Below are positions 17,149 to 26,751 of a stretch of 64,000 nucleotides of DNA, piece after piece. A model generated the notes under the pieces. That model was not told where the DNA came from, ran no database searches, and saw only the letters and a program-made list of their open reading frames with translations. The stretch covers positions 77,375 through 141,374 of the forward strand of contig JAWAFD010000003.1 in the NCBI GenBank assembly GCA_038890745.1, in the 5' to 3' direction. The DNA is from Candidatus Anstonellales archaeon (GTDB taxonomy: Archaea; Micrarchaeota; Micrarchaeia; Anstonellales; J096). The position numbers and the translations under genes are program-made. Every line of letters starts with the position of its first letter. The first letter of the stretch is position 1.

Positions 17149-17759
17149 TGGCGATGGCTTTGGAAAACTGGGAGCCGAAGACAAAGGTTGGGAAGGCTGT
17201 GAAAAAAGGTGAGATTACAGATATTGATGCTATATTGGAAGGCGGGAATAAGATCCTTGAACCAGAAATAGTGGACATGCTTATTCCAGATCTAAAGGCA
17301 GAAACAATTCTGGTTAGCCCGACCCAGCGTACAACAGATTCCGGAAGAAAGGTTTCATTCCGGGCCATCGTCGCTGTTGGTGATGAAAAGGGCCATGTTG
17401 GCGTTGGGGTCGGCAAATCTCAGGAGGTTGGCCCTGCGGTTGATTATGCTACAAAACAGGCGAAGAAAAATATTATTAAAGTTAAAATGGGATGCGGGTC
17501 GTGGGAATGCAGGTGCGGCCGTCCACATTCCCTTCCCAGAATGGTTGTTGGGAGGGAGGGTTCAACCGTGGTGACACTAAAACCAGCTCCAAGAGGGTTG
17601 GGGCTCGCTGCAAACGATACAGTAAAAACAATACTAAAACTTGCTGGAATAAAAGATGTATGGAGTAAGGCAAGAGGGGCAACGGATAATGTTTACAATA
17701 CTATCGTTGCAACAATAAGCGCGCTTGATTCGCTCAACAAGATAAAGCCGCAACCATAG
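17145..17759 (+). CDS. rps5: 30S ribosomal protein uS5
   Basis: WEPKTKVG, GCGSWEC, PAPRGLGL, AGIKDVW. Confidence 0.97.
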   Translation: MMAMALENWEPKTKVGKAVKKGEITDIDAILEGGNKILEPEIVDMLIPDLKAETILVSPTQRTTDSGRKVSFRAIVAVGDEKGHVGVGVGKSQEVGPAVDYATKQAKKNIIKVKMGCGSWECRCGRPHSLPRMVVGREGSTVVTLKPAPRGLGLAANDTVKTILKLAGIKDVWSKARGATDNVYNTIVATISALDSLNKIKPQP

Positions 17760-17766
17760 AGGTGTT

Positions 17767-18222
17767 ATGATGGAAATAGATGAGCTTAATGGAAAGGTAA
17801 TTGCAATTGTGCGGGTAAGGGGCATTCGCAAAATCAAACCAAAAATAGCCCGGACGCTTTCAGCCCTAAGACTAAACAGAGTGAATCACGCTGTTGTGGT
17901 GAAAGCAAACCCGCAGTACATAGGGATGCTAAAGGTTGCAAAAGACTATATTACGTTCGGGGAAGTAAAAAAAGAAACAGTGCAGAAGCTTGTAGAGAAA
18001 AGAGGGGAGGTTGGAAAGAAAAGAGCAACCGAATTATTGAAGGAAAAGGATTTGAAGAAAATAGTTGATGAGATATTCGATGGAAAAAAACCGAAGGTTC
18101 TAAGTCCTGTTTTCCGGCTTCACGCTCCAAGGAGGGGATGGAAGAGCATAAAGCTTGCTTACCCAAGAGGCGCGCTCGGAATCCGAGACAACATGGATGA
18201 GATTTTATCTAGGATGATGTAA
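17767..18222 (+). CDS. rpl30: 50S ribosomal protein uL30
   Basis: IVRVRG, LRLNRVNH, FRLHAPRRG. Confidence 0.95.
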   Translation: MMEIDELNGKVIAIVRVRGIRKIKPKIARTLSALRLNRVNHAVVVKANPQYIGMLKVAKDYITFGEVKKETVQKLVEKRGEVGKKRATELLKEKDLKKIVDEIFDGKKPKVLSPVFRLHAPRRGWKSIKLAYPRGALGIRDNMDEILSRMM

Positions 18223-18239
18223 AGATAAAGGGGATTAGG

Positions 18240-18677
18240 ATGGCAAGAAGGTACAGAAAGAAAAAAATTAAAATGCGGGGAAAAAGAACGCATGGTGGAG
18301 GGAACGTAAAGAACAGAAGAGGAGCAGGAAACAGAGGGGGGAAGGGAAGGGCAGGGATATGGAAGCACAGGTTCAGCTCTCTCACTGCTGCTGGAATAGA
18401 GATAGGAAAACGAGGGTTCAGCAGAGAAAAAATAAAAAGAGATGTTCGGACAATAAATGTTGGTGAGATAGAACGGTATGCATTAGCCGGCGAATTAAAA
18501 AAGGAGAATAACATGTATGTTTTTGATTTCAATGGAAAGGTTTTAGGCGGCGGGCAGCTTACCCTACCCATTTTGGTCCGCGCGAAAAGCTTTTCCAAGA
18601 AAGCAGAAAAAAAACTTGCGGATGTCGGTGGAAAAGCAGAAGTACTCAAAGAAAAAGATAAAGAAAAAACAGAATGA
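18240..18677 (+). CDS. rpl15: 50S ribosomal protein uL15
   Basis: RTHGGG...RGAGNRGGKGRAG, KVLGGG. Confidence 0.96.
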   Translation: MARRYRKKKIKMRGKRTHGGGNVKNRRGAGNRGGKGRAGIWKHRFSSLTAAGIEIGKRGFSREKIKRDVRTINVGEIERYALAGELKKENNMYVFDFNGKVLGGGQLTLPILVRAKSFSKKAEKKLADVGGKAEVLKEKDKEKTE

Positions 18678-18692
18678 AAATAAAGTGGTGAA

Positions 18693-20114
18693 ATGGGACT
18701 AACAGATGTACTGTATGGTGTTGGAAAGTTTCTTCCAACCGTTAGCCCACCTTCCCGCCCACCCACGATAAAGGAGCGTTTTGTATGGACGTTCGCTGTT
18801 CTTGTTCTTTACTTCATTATGTACAACACAATTGTTTTTGGTGCAAAAGAGACAGGCGGAGGTCTTGATTTCTTACAGGTGATTACCGCCTCAAAGATAG
18901 GAAGCCTCCTAACAACCGGTATTGGACCGATCGTGCTTGCATCTATTTTTCTCCAACTTTTCAATGGCGCCGGCCTTTTGAATTTCAACCTCCGTGACCC
19001 TGAGCAGAGGGAGAAGTTCCAAATTCTTCAGAAACTTCTCGCGATATTCATCGCATTTTTCGAAGCTTACATGTTTGCATCCGGCAGGATCGTCATCTCA
19101 GATGCATTTGCAAGCAACCCGGGTTTTGCAATAATGCTTATGGTGATTCAGATCGCGATCGGTTCTGTTGTGCTCATGTACTTAGATGAGGTTGTGACGA
19201 AATATGGAATAGGCTCTGGGATTTCCCTTTTCATTGCCGCTGGCGTGAGCTTTTCTGTTGTTGCTGGAACTGTTGCGCTTTTTATCAGCGATGGGGGTGT
19301 TCTTGAAGCTTTTGCAACCGGAGGTGCTGATGCTATCGCAAACGCCCTCCTCATTCTTCTTCCAGTGTTTTCGACAATCCTAGTTTTCTTGGTTGTTGTT
19401 TATGGAGAAGGGACAAGGGTCGAGGTTCCCATAAGCTTTGCCGGAGGAAGAGGGACTGTGAACTCCCTTCCGTTTCCTCTCTTTTATGTTTCGAACATTC
19501 CTGTTATTTTTGCAGCTGCGCTCATCATGAACATCCAGCTCTTTTCTGTTTTTGTATTCGCCGGAAAGAGTTTCGAGATCGCTGGTGTTGATGTTGTTCC
19601 GTACATCGCTTATGTTGATGCAAACAACCGGCTCGTTGATGGAGTACTCTACCTATTTACCCCTCTTCATGCCGGTACGAACATAATAAGCTACATAAAT
19701 GTACTTGCAAACGGCGTTACACCTGTTCTTAAAATACCAGAATGGGTGCATGCCATTACGTACATTCTTTTCCTTTCCCTCACTTCTGTTTTGTTCGGTT
19801 TGTTCTGGGTTGAGACAGCCGGAATGGATGCAAAAAGCATTGCAAACCAGCTCATGCAATCAAACATTCAGATCACTGGATTTAGGCGTGATCCTCGCAT
19901 CATGCTCAAGCGGCTTGAGGAGTATATCCCTACGCTTACCATTCTTGGTTCTTTCCTTATAGGTTTGCTTGCAGGATTTGCAGACCTTCTAGGCGCTCTT
20001 GGTACCGGTACTGGTATTCTTCTTACGGTAGGCATATTCTACAGAATGTACCTTCAGCTTAGGCAGATGAATGTTTTCGAACTCTATCCTTCAATTGCCG
20101 GTATGCTTGAATAG
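18693..20114 (+). CDS. secY: Preprotein translocase SecY
   Basis: GIGPIV, YGIGSGISLFI, YVSNIPVI, GFRRD, GTGILL; about 10 TM segments. Confidence 0.97.
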   Translation: MGLTDVLYGVGKFLPTVSPPSRPPTIKERFVWTFAVLVLYFIMYNTIVFGAKETGGGLDFLQVITASKIGSLLTTGIGPIVLASIFLQLFNGAGLLNFNLRDPEQREKFQILQKLLAIFIAFFEAYMFASGRIVISDAFASNPGFAIMLMVIQIAIGSVVLMYLDEVVTKYGIGSGISLFIAAGVSFSVVAGTVALFISDGGVLEAFATGGADAIANALLILLPVFSTILVFLVVVYGEGTRVEVPISFAGGRGTVNSLPFPLFYVSNIPVIFAAALIMNIQLFSVFVFAGKSFEIAGVDVVPYIAYVDANNRLVDGVLYLFTPLHAGTNIISYINVLANGVTPVLKIPEWVHAITYILFLSLTSVLFGLFWVETAGMDAKSIANQLMQSNIQITGFRRDPRIMLKRLEEYIPTLTILGSFLIGLLAGFADLLGALGTGTGILLTVGIFYRMYLQLRQMNVFELYPSIAGMLE

Positions 20115-20128
20115 TTTAAGGTGATTTT

Positions 20129-20686
20129 ATGTATATTGTGATGGGAATGCCCGGTGCGGGTAAAACAACCGTGCTTGCAAAAGCAATGGAAAAAAAGAAA
20201 GGTTATGAGATGGTTAATTATGGCGATATGATTTTTGAGCTTGCAAAGAAAAAACATAAAGTAAAAAACCGGGATGAGGTGAGGAAGCTCCCTCCTGCAA
20301 AGCAAAAAGCCCTTCAGATGGAGGTTGAGAAAAGGCTGATCAAACTATCCAACACAATAGAAAGAATAATCCTTGATACGCACTGCTCAATAAAAACCCC
20401 TTCTGGCTACCTCCCGGGCCTGCCGCAGAGGCTTCTTGAAAAACTTAAGGTCGATGGGCTTATTCTCATAAGCGCAAGCATAGATGAGATAATGGCAAGA
20501 AGGGCAAGGGATGAAACGAGGATAAGGGACAAGGAAGAGAGAGCAGAATTAGAAGAGCATGATTTCATTAACCGGGCCATGCTTTCAGCATACGCAACCA
20601 TGTGCGGCGCTCCCGCAATAATAATAATGAACCATGAGGGAAAGGTTGAAGAGGCTGCAGAAAAGCTTGCCTCAATTTTAAAGTGA
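20129..20686 (+). CDS. adkA: Archaeal adenylate kinase
   Basis: GMPGAGKTT, NYGD, RDE.RK, DTH, GYLPGLP. Confidence 0.95.
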   Translation: MYIVMGMPGAGKTTVLAKAMEKKKGYEMVNYGDMIFELAKKKHKVKNRDEVRKLPPAKQKALQMEVEKRLIKLSNTIERIILDTHCSIKTPSGYLPGLPQRLLEKLKVDGLILISASIDEIMARRARDETRIRDKEERAELEEHDFINRAMLSAYATMCGAPAIIIMNHEGKVEEAAEKLASILK

Positions 20687-21438
20687 TTTTTGTGTTTTTT
20701 TATATTGTTCTTTTTATCGCACTTGTTTATGTCCTTCTTATTCGCATCATCCGGCCGAAGTTTGTTGATATGGAAAGAATGAAAAAAATGCAGGAGAGGA
20801 CAAAGGAAATGAGCAAAGAGATGAAGGAGGCAAGCAAGAAAAAAGACATGGCAAAGATGGAACAGCTAAACAAAGCGTACATGGAGGAGATAATGCCTGA
20901 GATGAACGCAGTGATGATACAGCAGCTCAAGTTCACCTTTGTAATAATTGTTCTTTTTTCAGGTGCGATTTTTCTCCTCTCCTCTTTCGACACCAGCACC
21001 CATGATGACATAAAACTAAACCTTACCAATGTGGATGCGCAATGGATAGGAAGTTTTAAAGTTGATGCGCCGGGTGTTTGGAGAATAACTGCAAAGACGA
21101 ATGGAATTTTTGGAGGGAGTGAAAACCAAACCTACATTTTTGTAGGGAGCAAGGGCTCCCCTCCGCCACTCACCCATAAGGGAGAGCCCATGCCCATAAT
21201 TGTGAACAATGAAAAAATTTATGAAGTTGGAGACGCGGTCAGCGTTTCTGTTCTATTCCATGAGCAGCCGGAGATAATCGTAGACCGCGGCACACGTTTT
21301 TCTGCTCCTCTTCCATTTGAGATTTTTGGCATAAAAGAGATTGAGGGCGCCTCAAGCTGGTTCATAATTGACCTTATCGTCCTTAACATCATCATTGCAA
21401 TCGGAGAGAAGATCTATGGGAAAATGAGGAAAAAATAA
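20683..21438 (+). CDS. DUF106/EMC3-like (Oxa1 superfamily) membrane protein with an inserted soluble domain
   Basis: TM, Met-rich coiled coil, TM, then LPF...W-containing TM; conserved position after adk. Confidence 0.7.
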   Translation: MIFVFFYIVLFIALVYVLLIRIIRPKFVDMERMKKMQERTKEMSKEMKEASKKKDMAKMEQLNKAYMEEIMPEMNAVMIQQLKFTFVIIVLFSGAIFLLSSFDTSTHDDIKLNLTNVDAQWIGSFKVDAPGVWRITAKTNGIFGGSENQTYIFVGSKGSPPPLTHKGEPMPIIVNNEKIYEVGDAVSVSVLFHEQPEIIVDRGTRFSAPLPFEIFGIKEIEGASSWFIIDLIVLNIIIAIGEKIYGKMRKK

Positions 21439-22611
21439 TTATTTCGCCGCGCTCACGAGTTCCACAACATCCCTGTGCTTCAGAACCGCATCCTTCGCAA
21501 GCTTTCTTTTTGTCCTCATATCAAACCCATACAGCAATCCCTTTGCGATATCACTGTGTATCCTCATCGCCAAATCATAAACGGTTGCATTCTTCTCTAA
21601 CAAAAAGCAATCCGGCAAAACCCTTCCTTCTTTATCCATCAGTTTTTCTCCGACCGGAAAAACTGCTTTGTATTCCAAAAGCCCAAAAACAGCATAATCC
21701 AAAACCTGCTGAACCCCTGTGTTTCCAAAGACCTTAAGCACATTATTCCTTATGCTTTCCAGAGCATTCTTCTGCTCCTCGCTCACGTTCCCAACAATCC
21801 TGAAATCGCTCCCGCCAGGCGCGTACTCTATCATCCCTGCTTTGCTGGCTCTCCTCAGAGCAAGCTCTGCCTCAGCAGAGCACGGAACAATATTTTTATA
21901 TTTATCCTTAAGCCGATTATAATTATCCTTCGCGCTTGGTACATCTATTTTGTTTGCAGCAATAACAGTTGGTTTTGTCTGCTCCCTCAATGATTTTGCA
22001 ATCTTCTTTATCCTCTCCTCATCCCAGTTTTCAATCTCTCCGTATTCCCTAACCACGCTTTCAGCCATGTGTTCAAAAACCCTGAATGAAGAAAGGATCT
22101 CCATTATTATTTCTATGCTCTTTTTTCCAGCCCTTCTCATTCTCTGCATTTTTTCAAAATTCCTTTTTATAACATCAAAATACCATAGGTTCAGTTCTTC
22201 CTCCAAAAACAAAATATCTCTTTCAGGGTCATGCTTCCCATACCCTATAAAATTTCCGTTCTCATCCATGGAACCTGAGAAATCAACAATATGTATGAGT
22301 GCATGCGCCTGATTTAAGTCATTTAAGAACTGGTTTCCGAGCCCCTTTCCCTCATGCGCACCCGGCACCAACCCAGCTACATCCATCAAGGTAAATGGGG
22401 TATACCTTATTTTTCCGATCACAAACCCTGTTCTTGGGTTTGATACAACCCCAAGCTCCGGGCCTGCATCCTCAACGCGAACATATGCCGTACCAGTATT
22501 AGGTTTTATTGTTGTGAAAGGAACCGGCGAAACCGGAACATTCGCAAGCGTGGCTGCATTGAAAAAAGTAGATTTTCCAGAGGATGGTTTCCCCACAAGC
22601 CCTATTATCAT
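21439..22611 (-). CDS. ychF: YchF/Ola1-type Obg-family NTPase with TGS domain
   Basis: GKPSSGKST, PFTTI, DVAGLVPGAHEGKGLGNQFL, ANKID, LPD. Confidence 0.93.
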   Translation of the reverse strand: MIIGLVGKPSSGKSTFFNAATLANVPVSPVPFTTIKPNTGTAYVRVEDAGPELGVVSNPRTGFVIGKIRYTPFTLMDVAGLVPGAHEGKGLGNQFLNDLNQAHALIHIVDFSGSMDENGNFIGYGKHDPERDILFLEEELNLWYFDVIKRNFEKMQRMRRAGKKSIEIIMEILSSFRVFEHMAESVVREYGEIENWDEERIKKIAKSLREQTKPTVIAANKIDVPSAKDNYNRLKDKYKNIVPCSAEAELALRRASKAGMIEYAPGGSDFRIVGNVSEEQKNALESIRNNVLKVFGNTGVQQVLDYAVFGLLEYKAVFPVGEKLMDKEGRVLPDCFLLEKNATVYDLAMRIHSDIAKGLLYGFDMRTKRKLAKDAVLKHRDVVELVSAAK

Positions 22612-22614
22612 CGC

Positions 22615-23511
22615 TTAAAATTTCTCAAAAATACTTTTAAATGGCACGTATTCTTCACCAGTAAATAAGATATTTCTTTCGATTCCTCCTGCAATTTCAT
22701 TAGTCGCTCTTACATACATTCTACTTGGGTTGTATGCATAGATCGCCTTATCAACGCTCCTGTGTTTTGCATAATGCTCGGCAATACTATACAAAACATC
22801 CTCCAGGTTGAAAACATCCTTTTTCCCATCCCCGTTTCCATCCTTAAAACTTCCTCTCCATGTTGAAGGCATCCACTGGCCGGGTCCTATCGCCCCTGCC
22901 CAAGAAGAAGGAACAGAGAAAGGGTCAAGCTCAAGCTCCTCGCACATTTTCAAAAAATCAGTAATCTGCCGGGCCCATTTTTTCTTTCCTTTCCATGTGC
23001 CAGCTCGGTTATACATCGTGAGCAGAGCATATATAGCGTTGTATTCTCCAATGTTTCTCCCATAGTCAGTTTCAATCCCTAGGGTTGCAGCAATGTAGTA
23101 TTTGCTAACCCCAAACTCTCTTTCCAGTTTTTGCAAAATTACCCAATTCTCCTTTACAAACTCTACTCCATGCGAAATTTTCTCCTCAATCTTCAGGGCT
23201 TCTCTATACTCTCCATAATTCTTTATTTTTTTCAACTTCTTCATATCGTATATTCCAAAATCGCTCCTCGCAAACAAACTATCCAAAAAAACACTATCCA
23301 CTCCAAAATTACGCAAGTCCTTTTTCATTCTCGCCTTTTCCTTTTCGCCAAGTTTTTTGTCCGGAGTTTTTAATTCGCTTTGCTTCTCGGTTTTCTCTTC
23401 AACAATAACATTTTCTATGTTTGGATTTTCAGGAATTCTTACCGCATTTGCGCTGTTTTTTATCGGGCACAAACAAACCATCGTCAGCAGGAGAGGCATG
23501 ATTTTGCGCAT
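22615..23511 (-). CDS. Secreted lytic murein transglycosylase, MltB/SLT_2 (GH103) type
   Basis: Signal peptide; GIETDYG with the catalytic Glu; SSWAGAIGPGQWMPS; EF-hand-like DGNGDGKKD; AIYAYN.S..Y. Confidence 0.88.
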   Translation of the reverse strand: MRKIMPLLLTMVCLCPIKNSANAVRIPENPNIENVIVEEKTEKQSELKTPDKKLGEKEKARMKKDLRNFGVDSVFLDSLFARSDFGIYDMKKLKKIKNYGEYREALKIEEKISHGVEFVKENWVILQKLEREFGVSKYYIAATLGIETDYGRNIGEYNAIYALLTMYNRAGTWKGKKKWARQITDFLKMCEELELDPFSVPSSWAGAIGPGQWMPSTWRGSFKDGNGDGKKDVFNLEDVLYSIAEHYAKHRSVDKAIYAYNPSRMYVRATNEIAGGIERNILFTGEEYVPFKSIFEKF

Positions 23512-23547
23512 GTTTTATTTTTCAACAAAAGTGTTTAAAAATGATAT

Positions 23548-24213
23548 TCACTTGAATAAACTCTTAATAACATTATAAGCTTTTCCAACATCCTCCTCCT
23601 TCAATATAACGCTCAGCTCAGTGTAGGTAGAAACAACCTCAACAACATTTATACCATGCCATGCAAGTTCTTTCAGCACATACGCGACAAAACCCGGCGA
23701 GGATAATGTTTCCTCGCTAAACCTCAAAGAGATTGCTCCAAGTCCTTTCATCTCCCCAATGACTTTTTCCTTCCTCAAAATTTCCTTTATCTCCTCAAAT
23801 TTTCCATCGCTGAAAATTATAGTCGTTTCGTTGTTCCCATGAATGAAATTAACAACATCCCCCTTTGCAATATCAACGGTTTCGTAAACCTCATCTATTA
23901 TTTCCTTTATCCTGCTAGTTTTTGCGATGCTTATCTCAGCGAGGTTTGACCGCGTGCTTATCTCCTTTATCTTATATTCGTGCTCCTTCGCCTTAGTTCT
24001 CACCTTTTCCGCGATCCTTTGCAAAGCCATGGCTATGGCCCCTATTTTGACCTCTTTTCCTAGCTCCTTCTCAACCTTTGGCTTGAGATAAACTGCTGTT
24101 CGTGAATAGCTTAATAAGTCCATCGCAAGCGCCTGCTCCAAGGATGGGTTTTCCTTTACCAATTTTTCAACTATATGCGCAACTGTTACCATACTCTCTG
24201 TTATTTTTAACAT
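23548..24213 (-). CDS. ACT-domain protein with a helical/HTH-like N-terminus
   Basis: C-terminal PGFVAY...GINVVEVVSTYTE ACT signature; start may be 24192. Confidence 0.8.
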   Translation of the reverse strand: MLKITESMVTVAHIVEKLVKENPSLEQALAMDLLSYSRTAVYLKPKVEKELGKEVKIGAIAMALQRIAEKVRTKAKEHEYKIKEISTRSNLAEISIAKTSRIKEIIDEVYETVDIAKGDVVNFIHGNNETTIIFSDGKFEEIKEILRKEKVIGEMKGLGAISLRFSEETLSSPGFVAYVLKELAWHGINVVEVVSTYTELSVILKEEDVGKAYNVIKSLFK

Positions 24214-24310
24214 ATAGTTATATTTAAAACACTTTGCCTTTTTTTGTGTTTTATAACATACATAATTTATATATAAAACTTATTTTTACAACTATTACGA
24301 GGTGATGTAG

Positions 24311-24769
24311 ATGTGTGGTGGAGGACAGGACTATGGTATGTATTTGGCAAGTATGGCAAGCGATAGGATGAGGAAGTTCCAGAACCCTTACGCGAGAACA
24401 TCAATTAGACTTGCAGAGGCAGGCGGTAGTGTAAGAACAGTTCAAATGGTCGAAAGATTGCTTGAGCAGAGACCGTTTTCTAGTGAAGAAGTATTATACC
24501 GTATGGTTAGCCATTTCAATGGAAGAAGAATAAGGCCGCGTGAATCGCCTGCAATTAGGTTGCTGAACAAAATTATCGGCGCGTCTGGCGAGAGAGCAGA
24601 GCAGGTTTTAGAACAGATTGAAATAATGGTTGGACGCGGCATGCTGAATGGAAACGCTGAAAAGAGGCTTACTCAGATTCTTAGAGCAGTGCAGAGCGAT
24701 AGGGTTTTTCCGGATTTGGCTGTTGCGAATTTGAGGAGGGAATGGGAAGCTCCAACAGCTAGCTCTTAA
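24311..24769 (+). CDS. Hypothetical protein
   Basis: GAGGTGA SD and TATA upstream; no recognised motif. Confidence 0.6.
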   Translation: MCGGGQDYGMYLASMASDRMRKFQNPYARTSIRLAEAGGSVRTVQMVERLLEQRPFSSEEVLYRMVSHFNGRRIRPRESPAIRLLNKIIGASGERAEQVLEQIEIMVGRGMLNGNAEKRLTQILRAVQSDRVFPDLAVANLRREWEAPTASS

Positions 24770-25101
24770 ATCTTGATTTTCACCCCTTTTTTTATTTTAA
24801 ACTTCTTGCAGAACCCTCTCTTCACTTCAAGCGCATATTTTGCTTTTTGGCATTCAACACCATTTAAATCCCATGCCTCTAAACATGCAATATCCTTTAC
24901 CTTCATTCTTTTGTTCAAAAAAATTATATCAAGAGGAAAGTTTACAAATGGGCTCCATAATTTTACTCTCTGCGGCCGGTCAAAAACAAAAAGGATTCCT
25001 TCATCGAAGCTTGGCTCTTTTCTAAACATGTACCCTAAAAATCTCCTCCATCCAGACGCAACTTCAACGTTGACCTCTTTCTTCCCGACCCGCATTTTCA
25101 T
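24766..25101 (-). CDS. DUF192 family protein
   Basis: VEVA, GYMFR, GILFVF, FPLDIIFL, YALEV.RG. Confidence 0.88.
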   Translation of the reverse strand: MKMRVGKKEVNVEVASGWRRFLGYMFRKEPSFDEGILFVFDRPQRVKLWSPFVNFPLDIIFLNKRMKVKDIACLEAWDLNGVECQKAKYALEVKRGFCKKFKIKKGVKIKI

Positions 25102-25154
25102 GCTTTTGCTTTGTTGTTCAATATTAAAAACATTTCTGTGCATAAATATTCAGC

Positions 25155-26717
25155 GTGGTGAAAATGGCTGGCGATGATAAGAAAGGAAAAGGTTTTGAAA
25201 TAAAACCTGAAGAAAAAACAGCATCTCTGGGTTGGATTCCAAAAAAGAGCTATGATTCCAAGGAGCTTCTCTCCCAAATCTTTTCAGATGAAACGGTTAT
25301 AAAATATAAGCAGACCCATGAGAAAGAGTTTAGGGAATTTTGCAAAGAGTTTGATGTTTCGCCAAGCGAAGAAAATTTTGAAAAATGGGCAAGGCTGACG
25401 CTTGCGTGGAACGCCCTGAGATACGCTGGACTTTTTGGGATAAACTACAAATCAGATGATGAGAGGTTGATTGAACTTGGTGAAAAAGGATTTAGGAATC
25501 CGCTTAAAATTTTGTCGCAACTTTTTTCTGGACAGATGCGTTCTCCGCAGACCGCGGTTACATATTCTTATTCCGGCTACTACGCATCTTACTATGATTG
25601 CGATGAGTCTGCAAAACTTTTCAGAGATATTGTCGATCTGTTATGGCCTGAATACAGCCCAAGATTTGTTCTATTGGGAGACACGCATGCAGGAGTCAGG
25701 GTAGATTTTGATGGCGTAAAAATAGCATTTGACCTTACCCACGGCTCTGTGATAAAGTTTGAACCGAGCGATGTTCATCCGGATGTTGGTAAGGATGCTT
25801 TGAATACAATATCTGCGATAAATAAAAAAGGTAAAGGTCTTAATAATGAGGAGTCGATAGCATGGACTTATATAAATCTTCCATTATTCAAAAGTTTTAA
25901 TGAAAAAAATTATCTTTCTGGCATGAGCATTCCTGTTCTGGGCGATAGATACAAAACACTAGTTTCGTACTTTAATCACTTTTTTTATAAGCCGCAACCT
26001 ACTTTAGATCTATTAAAAGAATTGACGCGTTTATATTACGGTTACTCGTCACGTTTGGATTCTAACATTGAGATGCTTCTCTTTGGGCCGGATGCTCTCT
26101 CTTTGGAAGACGTGCTTTTCGTTGCAGAAAAATTTCTAGATAAATCGACCATACCAAATGATAGTAGGGATAAAATACTCTCTTTGATAAAGAAAAGTAA
26201 TAGTGTACAATTTGGGTTAGGGCTTACCATCCTTACTCTGCTCGCTTCGCAGAAAACCAAAGTTGATCCTATTTTTGTCGATAAGATTATTATCAGTTAT
26301 AATGGGATTATAAAAGAGGCAGAGAAATATGGTTTAACAAACTTAGAAGCAGTCGCTCTTGTTTCTTTTGACCCATTTTTTATTGAAAACATAGAGAAAA
26401 ATGAGCTATCGCTATTCCGTCTTAGCTTTGGAGGTCAGTTTTTACTTGGCAATCTAATCATTAATACAAAAGATGAAAGGTTTGCATTACTTTTAGCGGA
26501 TAACAACTTTATAGACCCAGAAGTTTACAAGACGATTCTTGAAAGGCTTATTAAAAATAATATTCAGTCTGAAGAGATATGGAACGTCATAGTTTCAATG
26601 GCGGAGAATAGCAAAACCTTAAGGGAAGAAAGTCTTGGCATGTTTTCTTCTTCTCTTACGAGCGATGCTGTTCCAGAAGGATTAAAACATAGAATACGTG
26701 CTATGCTAAGGGTTTAA
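25155..26717 (+). CDS. Transglutaminase-like (Cys-His-Asp) domain protein with a long C-terminal helical region
   Basis: DCDESA...THAGVRV...AFDLT triad spacing; paralogous to the next gene. Confidence 0.65.
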   Translation: MVKMAGDDKKGKGFEIKPEEKTASLGWIPKKSYDSKELLSQIFSDETVIKYKQTHEKEFREFCKEFDVSPSEENFEKWARLTLAWNALRYAGLFGINYKSDDERLIELGEKGFRNPLKILSQLFSGQMRSPQTAVTYSYSGYYASYYDCDESAKLFRDIVDLLWPEYSPRFVLLGDTHAGVRVDFDGVKIAFDLTHGSVIKFEPSDVHPDVGKDALNTISAINKKGKGLNNEESIAWTYINLPLFKSFNEKNYLSGMSIPVLGDRYKTLVSYFNHFFYKPQPTLDLLKELTRLYYGYSSRLDSNIEMLLFGPDALSLEDVLFVAEKFLDKSTIPNDSRDKILSLIKKSNSVQFGLGLTILTLLASQKTKVDPIFVDKIIISYNGIIKEAEKYGLTNLEAVALVSFDPFFIENIEKNELSLFRLSFGGQFLLGNLIINTKDERFALLLADNNFIDPEVYKTILERLIKNNIQSEEIWNVIVSMAENSKTLREESLGMFSSSLTSDAVPEGLKHRIRAMLRV

Positions 26718-26751
26718 AAATTGTTTCTACATATGTATTTATGTGAAATAA

